Positions 58,501 to 64,000 of a DNA stretch of 64,000 nt are shown here, one piece after another. The stretch is taken from contig CAILTG010000055.1 in assembly GCA_903837125.1 (NCBI GenBank), forward strand, positions 2,199-66,198. The letters are read 5' to 3'. Each line of letters opens with the position of its first letter. Within the stretch, counting starts at the first letter, position 1. The notes under the pieces were generated by a model. It did no database searches and was not told the DNA's origin. It was given only the letters and a program-made list of their open reading frames with translations. Origin of the DNA: Candidatus Magasanikiibacteriota bacterium. Its GTDB lineage: Bacteria > Patescibacteriota > Patescibacteriia > Magasanikbacterales > UBA922. A program made the position numbers and the translations under genes.

Positions 58501-61500
58501 GCATCAGCCCAAAATGTTTCCCCAGTAGATAATTGAATTAATGATTTCCAGCTATCTTTAATTAAATAAATATTGCCTGGAACTTCGGTCAGCCGTACAT
58601 TATCAATATAATATGAGCCGCCTACTCCTGGAGAACTAACTAGACCAAAATATAACTGAGCAGGAGTGGTGCTGGCACCGGTAAACTCCACTGGCCCAAA
58701 ATGATAATTTTGCCATTCACTGCCAATGGTGACTGAAAGCGGTGTTTGTGCTTCTTGATTGTAAGTAAATGCTCCTACTTTATCAGTAGCTTGTTTAAAA
58801 TAAATCTCAATATTTTGTGAAGTGCCGCGCGCCCAAAAAGACAATTCATACCAGCCCTGATTATTTAAACTCCCGGCCGGCAATTGCCGATTTACATCAT
58901 CTTTTATTTCCAAAGAATGTCCACCCGCGTAAATTGATTCTGGAGATAGAGTTACTCCTGACCACAGACTTAAAGAACTAGTGGTTTCAAAATCGTCAAT
59001 CTCAAAAACATTTCTAGGACTGTTACCATTATTACCTTTATAAGCACGACAACCATTAAACTCTGCTAAATTATCAGCTGGACCATTACAGGACAATGAC
59101 TCACCAGGCCGAGAAATTGTCCAATAAATACAAGTACTGCTGGCATATTGTCCACCATTATAGCAACGCTGACAAGTATTATTGGCACGATCCCAATAGC
59201 CTTGTTCATCCGCGCAAGAGGGAGAAACAAAATCAATTCTACTTTCCTTTAAAAGAGAATCCGAATATAAATGAGCAGCTGTTTTGCGCAAAGGATGGCA
59301 AGCTGGGTCAACGGTTACTGTTTCACTTAATAAGCGATAAAAAACTTCGCCATTACTATTATAAAGTGCCCGACAATTTGGGGCATCATCAGATAAACTA
59401 GAATAAAGCTGATTATTATAAGCAAGAGCATTGCAAATATAATTATTATTAATCATTTTTTCCGGACTATAATCCACATAAGCTGGTGAACCTAAAGGAA
59501 ATCCTGACCAGATAGTGCTGTTAACTTCGGCTTTAATTAATAATAATTTGTCTGCGTTTATTTTAAGCATTTTGTGAGTGCGCAACACATAGCCTTCTTG
59601 TTTGGAACCTTCCCAAGAATAAAAAGTTCCTTCATTACTGCCAGTTGGCCTTTCACAATAACGCAATTGACTATAATATTCCAAACCTTCACCACCAGCC
59701 GCGGCAGCATCAATATTTGTGAACTCATCACAACCAACAAACTCTTTACTGCAAATCTGTTTACCCTGTACCATATTGGTTTGCGCAACAATAGGCACAA
59801 AATAAAGCGGAAATTTTTGTGGTTCAAAATCAGTGCTTTCTTGTTTAAAAGTATTATAACCAACGCAATTGGCAGCACACTTATTAATATCTTCAGCTAC
59901 TCCAGGAATCATTTGTCCACCATCTTTTGGCTGATAGGCCAGACAACCAACTTCTTCTGGTAAACAGGCGCGAGAAAAATTATCACAACGAGGTTCAGTC
60001 GGAAGTAAAGCTAATTCAGGTTTGGTTTGCGGCCAAACAATTTCTTTATTCGCAGAACGAGGATCAATATTATAACACCCCAAATAATCCGGAGCTTTTT
60101 TAATATAAACCAAAGCGCCAGTATCATAATTATTTACATAAGCACCATCACCATCTAAAATCGCCGGATAAAAAGAACTACAGCCATCATTGGCAGCATC
60201 ACATATATTATTATCTGCTATAAAATTTTTATTAAAATATGATACTTGATTCCGACCAGCAAGCTGGTAATTCAAACCTTGCACTTTTGAACTGGGCAGC
60301 CAACTATCACCCACTTGCTCTTGGCTGTAAGCAGTACAACCAACATCATTGGCTGTGCACTGGCCATAATCTACAGTACGTGATAAATAACTGGGAGTAG
60401 TTCCATCAATAGCAGTATAAGTTTTACAAGTATTATAATAACTTGGACAAGTAGGAGCGTCTAAACGCCAAATATTACCTTCTTTTAAGCAATAACTATG
60501 ATAACCACCCAGACAACCGCCTTTATTATCCTCTTTTATACAAGTAGACAAATCCGCGCATTCGGTTTGTCTAGTACCCAAACCAGAACTTTGTGTCCTT
60601 TCGCCAATCACCGCTGATTCGCAAACAGCCTCAGGCGATTTTAACAGCCAATTAGGATCAATTAAATGACAATACTGATATACCGGGTCGCTACTTATTT
60701 CTACTTTACCATTAACATAATAACAATTATCATAATTATCAACCACTGTTTTCAAAGTCCAAGCCGCCAAATTATGGGGGTCAGCTTTGAAAGCTGCCAA
60801 CTCAAAACCTAAAGGAATAATTCTAGCTTTTCTTAATTTTTGTAAATTAGAATAACAATAGCCGCGACTATAACAATTTTTGTCAGTATTATCCGACACT
60901 CTACTGGGAGAAATTAAAGGCCAATCAGCATGCAATAAATCCTCTTTTTTATCCATGGCTTGTCTAATAGTCATTGCCGCCGCCCCATTGCTGCCACGGT
61001 TTACTGCTGTAGCAAAAGGCAAATCCATTACACAATTATCAGGATCATTTGAGCTGAGGTCACAGCTAGAAAACTTGGTAACAATTCCATAATCAATAAA
61101 ACTTTTATTAGGCACGGCCGTATAAAAGAAACTAAAAGCATTAGCCACTGCTTGCTGTGTTTGCGCCACATACTCACTGGTGTAAGAATTGAGCACTGGG
61201 GCTTGTTCGCCTGCTCCACTGCCACTACTATCAAACAACCCTTTGCTTAAAAGTTTATTTAACAATTGGCTTACCAAAGTGTTAAGAAAAACCGAACCGG
61301 CCATAGGCAATATCTGAGCTGACGCAGCCCCATAAATTCCGGCTATTTGTTGATTGCTTTCTTTGCCCTTTTCTTTGGCAGTCAAAGCTGTAGATTCTGT
61401 TTTAATTATATCGCCAGGGGTTTTTATATTACCGGAAATAAGATCAGTTAACGGCTTAAAACCCGCAGCTTCTAAACGTTGGCTAGTGGCGCCAGCTACT

Positions 61501-62243
61501 TCAGTGGCTTGCAAACGATCTATCTGAGCCTGAGCACCTAAAGCCAAACTAAAATCATCATTAGAAGTTTTTATGGAATTAGCCAACAATTGATCAGCAA
61601 ACTTTGAACCATCAGCCCCATATTTTTGTTGCATGCCAGTAGTCCAAGCACCCTGCATTTGCTGAAAAGTACAATCTGGTTGCGGACCGTTTTCATTATT
61701 TGTACCATTTCCACTGCCATTTTTAGAAGGTTGTTTATACTTCTGCCTTAAACCAACCTGTAAAAAAGCTTGCAATTTTAAATCCGGAGTTTGACACATG
61801 TCTAAGCCAAATGGCTTGCCTAACTGGTTAATTAGGGAAGCCGCGCTATTTTCCGCAATACCCACAATATAACTGGAAAAATTTTGCTTAAAAGCCAAAG
61901 CACCCTGGCCGTGACCACCGGTAGAGATAAACATGGCTAAATCATAAGATACTTTACGAGCCACATAAGAAGCCATATTTACTAAACCACCCAAAGCTGC
62001 GGTTAACAAAGTACTTTTTACAGTATCAGCGGTAGATTTGGCAGCGATTAATGTTTGTGTTCCTGTGTCCTTCGTCGGCATTCCCGGTGTTGCTGCCGCA
62101 GTTGCTGCCGCAGCCGCCATAGCCGCTGCCTCCTCCTGTGCTTGAACCGTTTGAGTATTAAAAATAAAACCAAAAAGTTCTACAAATACAAAAAACATTA
62201 TGAAAATTTTCAAAAATACTTTTTGGCCTTTAAGGTTGTACAT
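52581..62243 (-). CDS. Giant 3220-aa secreted Cys-rich protein (adhesin candidate) with a carbohydrate-binding-module-like segment
   Basis: Signal peptide ending VQA; many Cys modules (EVGC, CxxDxDC); DDFET...YELSFWARG...SEWQNYHFG...YYIDNVRL (CBM-like); IDWGD and DNWGWC near the C-terminus. Confidence 0.8.
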   Translation of the reverse strand: MYNLKGQKVFLKIFIMFFVFVELFGFIFNTQTVQAQEEAAAMAAAAATAAATPGMPTKDTGTQTLIAAKSTADTVKSTLLTAALGGLVNMASYVARKVSYDLAMFISTGGHGQGALAFKQNFSSYIVGIAENSAASLINQLGKPFGLDMCQTPDLKLQAFLQVGLRQKYKQPSKNGSGNGTNNENGPQPDCTFQQMQGAWTTGMQQKYGADGSKFADQLLANSIKTSNDDFSLALGAQAQIDRLQATEVAGATSQRLEAAGFKPLTDLISGNIKTPGDIIKTESTALTAKEKGKESNQQIAGIYGAASAQILPMAGSVFLNTLVSQLLNKLLSKGLFDSSGSGAGEQAPVLNSYTSEYVAQTQQAVANAFSFFYTAVPNKSFIDYGIVTKFSSCDLSSNDPDNCVMDLPFATAVNRGSNGAAAMTIRQAMDKKEDLLHADWPLISPSRVSDNTDKNCYSRGYCYSNLQKLRKARIIPLGFELAAFKADPHNLAAWTLKTVVDNYDNCYYVNGKVEISSDPVYQYCHLIDPNWLLKSPEAVCESAVIGERTQSSGLGTRQTECADLSTCIKEDNKGGCLGGYHSYCLKEGNIWRLDAPTCPSYYNTCKTYTAIDGTTPSYLSRTVDYGQCTANDVGCTAYSQEQVGDSWLPSSKVQGLNYQLAGRNQVSYFNKNFIADNNICDAANDGCSSFYPAILDGDGAYVNNYDTGALVYIKKAPDYLGCYNIDPRSANKEIVWPQTKPELALLPTEPRCDNFSRACLPEEVGCLAYQPKDGGQMIPGVAEDINKCAANCVGYNTFKQESTDFEPQKFPLYFVPIVAQTNMVQGKQICSKEFVGCDEFTNIDAAAAGGEGLEYYSQLRYCERPTGSNEGTFYSWEGSKQEGYVLRTHKMLKINADKLLLIKAEVNSTIWSGFPLGSPAYVDYSPEKMINNNYICNALAYNNQLYSSLSDDAPNCRALYNSNGEVFYRLLSETVTVDPACHPLRKTAAHLYSDSLLKESRIDFVSPSCADEQGYWDRANNTCQRCYNGGQYASSTCIYWTISRPGESLSCNGPADNLAEFNGCRAYKGNNGNSPRNVFEIDDFETTSSLSLWSGVTLSPESIYAGGHSLEIKDDVNRQLPAGSLNNQGWYELSFWARGTSQNIEIYFKQATDKVGAFTYNQEAQTPLSVTIGSEWQNYHFGPVEFTGASTTPAQLYFGLVSSPGVGGSYYIDNVRLTEVPGNIYLIKDSWKSLIQLSTGETFWADAPGACFGTTDEDLGNAKTPYPGKALGCKAYIDVVNSAINKQNVEANLTGFAKMCRPEAVGCTAVYDSHNRISGNPLDQQIQLYNAECRLTSTTPKCSFTVGDNGTYGCTVLPGEDRCFVQGLVSPTGYTQAPVSVPDYYTINPAFDHTKGIIHFNSFHSGGHTEPTTSTDTGELYVVTSTIVIPADTSDHTPIFLTTYNLASSTPLTCTQAELGCQKFGQENHILPNSDTTSYQFSDVYYKNNPANYLTNDTTGIKGTLCRSGLLGCSGYTYGANTFYFKDPLQTGNSLCYYKQHDPINPTQAYGWFKKDIGYCSSGSAQLCRVDDDCGQGNSCQKTNPVPCYDNYLQNNIENGIWSNGNTSSYKGNVGECDEANNACTELLDTVATSAQDPTGKPYYVIYSQDLVDQASDQINGCNNKVGETRGCVLFNRTEDPNKIYNSGATYANSAATKPERFLPVPPVTTGQLDTNLLLKVRRDRECSEWLSCRTSFDLQTETGKTIKYCSDFGLCNQTTPDGYCNNFLPTTNNNLLDEAFYVGRAVGWAEPDYSGYSLLNRYNLATDRAVSFPSSNKLYLVHSDSNNANCIDSSGNSIKGICGIDNGGRCYNGSCIYPLDGPFADVGIVDINTGVEKAVVSSAWSKSICKSHPEATSPFPESLVVDSKVNDAKNGVENGKKWFKNTPDKGGWRAEFTNIKNDYKGVNVCQANVDCSCQYEKINYKGVLPDYWPDNSTLKNPFDVRPQGICTGGNKDGFACLVDTDCNSGDNTNGVCAQESSIDKYKGTTGYCLENDLSHPLGTDSTGKIIFPCLTWLPLDLAGGTADNINGNPNLGYTTGIDANPSIGEVYCTNSTAPLSYEKSYWKNFGMVNLYGLLTPIYENFSDINQKMEKDGKGNGLIESYFPPRENPSKYDNNSSVAGRFEWCKVEPIPVRQQYITCLAYTGTPGVCYEWVENIKTECFGQPNHFFEPADNAFVQYLAFRTQRSLRAFDPSKYDPNKEWSEEFSKKNSFDPKANFLNDPSPEVEAYANLAYDYLNKCFVPSIFQDSNVNSALDCTDKNTKGHFISMFDKDNFFWMINPFTEQICNDTSTFQYGDPQEDYTKSVLGWCNNNLSADSFSKKVNSSDKSNTFYTYLQTYSWLKISPTAQVLLAHDPVKWSEKETVTCSSSGSCAPTNLMGFGDSYFNDFTGVASKPYVATKKVNEKDLKALYLAPYSYKGTRFTGSDRSFALIDNVKIDVDRLRSLYLNPPEPNSIDRRSPNWSYVTYTFLLDFSSAHLNIHTTPETPRNVTAVAFYAKNKNDNHLVIGVVVDDNDQYEGNPSSINSDRFGSIISNELECPNIESTDSGLAVDTANKYNNLPSGLDPGKDCGVQTASAYEGSLNGFYRATLFKFDSDNNLDLSTFESGYKDQVYDNIAFNCYAGFGCSNPSYFNSGWSAKLNNNFIALAKMNRGKALFSRSEGGTFSNPVNSLTNNNLHALNHVLYPYLGVIADLYPRCTEYVQVYNENQPISYSGIPVSNKAWTNRVWKNAADVLTLKLAGAATTTLLNNTSVSRPFGNLSLKGSDLVHNQDSIIDYNFMDPAAAGYPFVCSQILWATDSLINVAASYYLGCSGLMVPILDANGQTVTSAADNTASPYYNVITGLGTLNGVNGREILHQLFAKEYYVVKRNDNTLKLVSGGDVDVAASNSGVFAKLLPPQIYSLNLVNCLPSSNTSGVAVKCTPWMPNTFTVNKNNGLPGAHYAGDTNVFEEDLNKNGLTDADNLVGIGTYNAMVEFYGFADENRMPLRRLMIDWGDDLPIYGQGISGYYFNNKPICESNDDGGNFTVKHCLVGNKDKQITCNDNSDCLGIDAAATCGRLPNDTLQSFGDIMRTCRANYFKIEHGYACDNQTATTPVNSLDEDQKKIIREKSPSAIMVCVFQPKVQLMDNWGWCNCNDPKGCYGDDSSKNCDPTKINAWTYFQSKIIVIPNEKKK

Positions 62244-62272
62244 AAATAAAACCTGATTTTATTTTGGCAAAA

Positions 62273-63025
62273 TTATTTTTTGGTGGTGGAAACTATTCCC
62301 AACACTTTGGCCGCACCTTCATCACTTAAATCTAAATTATTATTTGAACCAGCAGTTGTACTAGTACTGGATTCTTGCAATAACTGAGTAATCATTTGCA
62401 TTAAAGACTGATCGTCAATTTTAGAAAGTGTGTCAGTGGCAATTTTACCGGTGGCCAAGAGCATTTCCCGCACAGTTTTAGGATCTTGTAAATCTTGTTT
62501 AAATCCAGAAAAAGCTCCATTATCATTTGTGGCCACAGTTTGATTAATAATATCCTGTGCTGTGGCTACGTTGGCCAAAGGACTACCCATATCAATAATA
62601 GTGGAAGAAGGAGAAGCAGTGGAAGAAAGTACGCCTTCTGAACCTGGATACTGCGCTCCAGCTGTACAATTTTGATTATTTGCCGCACATAAGGGATTTA
62701 AATTTTTAGCAATTTTTTCTTTATCAGACATATTATCTGAAGCAGTGGACCATAAATAAGGGCTGGTATGATAAACATAAATTTCATCATAATCGGTCAA
62801 GCCATCATGATCAGTGTCAATATATTTTAACCGTAAAACAGGATCAGTAACTGAAGGAGATAATTGGCTGTCTAAAAGTGGTTTATAAGCAAAAGGACCA
62901 TAAACACGATTACGTATTTGAAGTAATCCCAAACCCACGGCTAAAATACCAAAAATCAGCAACAAAACAAAGCCTGTTTTCTGCTGTCCAGTTAAAGCCT
63001 TTCGCCTTAGATCGTTTTGATCCAT
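62273..63025 (-). CDS. Membrane-anchored protein with a TSP3-like Ca-binding repeat
   Basis: TM then DTDHDGLTDYDEIYVYHTSPYLWSTASDNMSDKEKI. Confidence 0.7.
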   Translation of the reverse strand: MDQNDLRRKALTGQQKTGFVLLLIFGILAVGLGLLQIRNRVYGPFAYKPLLDSQLSPSVTDPVLRLKYIDTDHDGLTDYDEIYVYHTSPYLWSTASDNMSDKEKIAKNLNPLCAANNQNCTAGAQYPGSEGVLSSTASPSSTIIDMGSPLANVATAQDIINQTVATNDNGAFSGFKQDLQDPKTVREMLLATGKIATDTLSKIDDQSLMQMITQLLQESSTSTTAGSNNNLDLSDEGAAKVLGIVSTTKK

Positions 63026-63048
63026 AAGCTATATTTGCTAATGCGCAT

Positions 63049-63077
63049 ATTATAGCAAATTTTTAACAACTTAACAA
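63049..63077 (-). promoter_or_regulatory. Promoter of the T4SS-like operon
   Basis: TTGTTA-17 nt-TATAAT with extended -10 TG, 23 nt upstream of ATG 63025. Confidence 0.65.
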
Positions 63078-63116
63078 CAAAGAGTGGATAAGTCCACCAC
63101 AGCTGAGGCTGTGGTT

Positions 63117-63175
63117 AATTTTCAATTTACAATTTACAATTTTCAATCAATTTTCAATGACCAAACTACCAATTA
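63117..63175. repeat. Heptamer array, direct copy of the left arm at 40501-40558
   Basis: aattttc aatttac aatttac aattttc aatc aattttc aatgacc aaactacc aatta. Confidence 0.8.
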
Positions 63176-64000
63176 TATTCCCAGTTTCTCTATTATTTTC
63201 TTCCACTGTTCCACATTCAACTCTTCGGCCCTAATTTTTTCATTTCCAGTCACTTCTAATAACACTTTTTTAACACTTTCTCCATTTATTTTTAATCCTT
63301 TGGACAAATTACCCCATAATTGTTTACGTTTTTGCGCAAATCCCAACTTTACCACCCGAAAAAAATCCCCGCCCCTGCCAAGGGGAGGATTAAAGAGGGA
63401 TTTCGTCAAATCAATATGTAAAATCGCCGAATCAACCTTCGGTTCTGGCCAAAAATTTCCTTTGGTTACAATATCCACAATTTTCGGCTCTCCATAATAT
63501 TGAACTGAAACTGCCAAAAGAGACATGTCACCGGGCTTAGCGCAAATTCTCTCCGCGACTTCTTTCTGCACCATAATAGTGATTGATTCGGGTTTGTTTT
63601 CTAATTCTAATAAAGTTCTTAAAATTTGAGAAGTAATTTGATAGGGAATATTGGCCACGACTTTAAAATTGGAAATTGGAAATTGGAAATTGGAAATTTG
63701 GGCAAGTGCATTGCCCCAGACTATTTCTATATTATCATTTATCATTTTATCATTTATTTTTTTGGTTTTTAAAATATCATTCCAATAATCTTCTAATTTT
63801 CTTTCTATCTCCAATCCAATCACTCTCCCCGCCCGCTCCGCCAAAGCAAAGGTTAAAATCCCAAACCCAGAGCCAATTTCTATTACCGTGTCATTTTTAT
63901 TTATATTTGCTACCTCAATAATTTTTTTTATTGGATACTCTTGAATTAAAAAATTCTGACCGTACTTTTTTGATGGTGTTAAATTATATTGCTGACAAAG
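63173..64000 (-). CDS. rsmA: 16S rRNA m6,2A dimethyltransferase RsmA/KsgA (5' end beyond the window)
   Basis: Frame open to the window edge: PSKKYGQNFLI, VIEIGSGFGILT, VVANIPYQITS, MVQKEVAERI, FWPEPKVDSA, FAQKRKQL, RAEEL. Confidence 0.97.
   Translation of the reverse strand, partial: LCQQYNLTPSKKYGQNFLIQEYPIKKIIEVANINKNDTVIEIGSGFGILTFALAERAGRVIGLEIERKLEDYWNDILKTKKINDKMINDNIEIVWGNALAQISNFQFPISNFKVVANIPYQITSQILRTLLELENKPESITIMVQKEVAERICAKPGDMSLLAVSVQYYGEPKIVDIVTKGNFWPEPKVDSAILHIDLTKSLFNPPLGRGGDFFRVVKLGFAQKRKQLWGNLSKGLKINGESVKKVLLEVTGNEKIRAEELNVEQWKKIIEKLGI

Noticed and set aside
63083-63091. DnaA-box-like sites (agtggataa here, tggggataa near 27934) as oriC
   Set aside because: Isolated single mismatched boxes, with no cluster, no dnaA/dnaN and no long AT-rich origin spacer
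63084-63497. 137-aa plus-strand ORF and the many other short antisense ORFs in the track
   Set aside because: Shadows of long minus-strand genes or translations of repeats; no independent motifs
1-64000. Alternative genetic code (UGA=Gly, as in Gracilibacteria/SR1)
   Set aside because: Very long ORFs are open under code 11, and TGA serves as the stop at 28016, 38176 and 44276

Overview
AT-rich chromosomal segment, mostly minus-strand and read with the standard bacterial code. The gene set and protein style suggest a Patescibacteria/CPR bacterium (Parcubacteria/Magasanikbacteria-like); this is inference, not a database result. Housekeeping genes: fusA (partial), rpsG, rpsL, rpmB (missed by the ORF track), rpsP, khpA, smc, nrnA-like DHH, clpP, recQ, comFC and rsmA (partial). 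There are four tRNAs: Pro-GGG, Ser-GCT, Ser-TGA and an unusual Ser with anticodon ACT. Accessory content: an ECF sigma/anti-sigma pair; two giant multi-enzyme proteins flanking clpP (ART-like + DUF294/GlnD-type nucleotidyltransferase, 1830 aa; M48 peptidase + ABC1/UbiB kinase, 2466 aa); a Cys-rich repeat lipoprotein; and a ~22.5 kb divergent type IV secretion-like operon (3220-aa Cys-rich adhesin candidate, extended VirB6-like, PrgI, VirB4, VirB8-like) with no relaxase or coupling protein in view. Non-coding highlights: an orphan ~280-nt structured transcription unit with a perfect promoter and a terminator, a tRNA-Pro leader that duplicates the tRNA 5' end, and a pervasive family of 7-9-mer tandem/inverted micro-repeat elements in spacers and in frame inside genes. 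No CRISPR array, integrase, transposase or rRNA was seen. All domain calls come from motifs read by eye.
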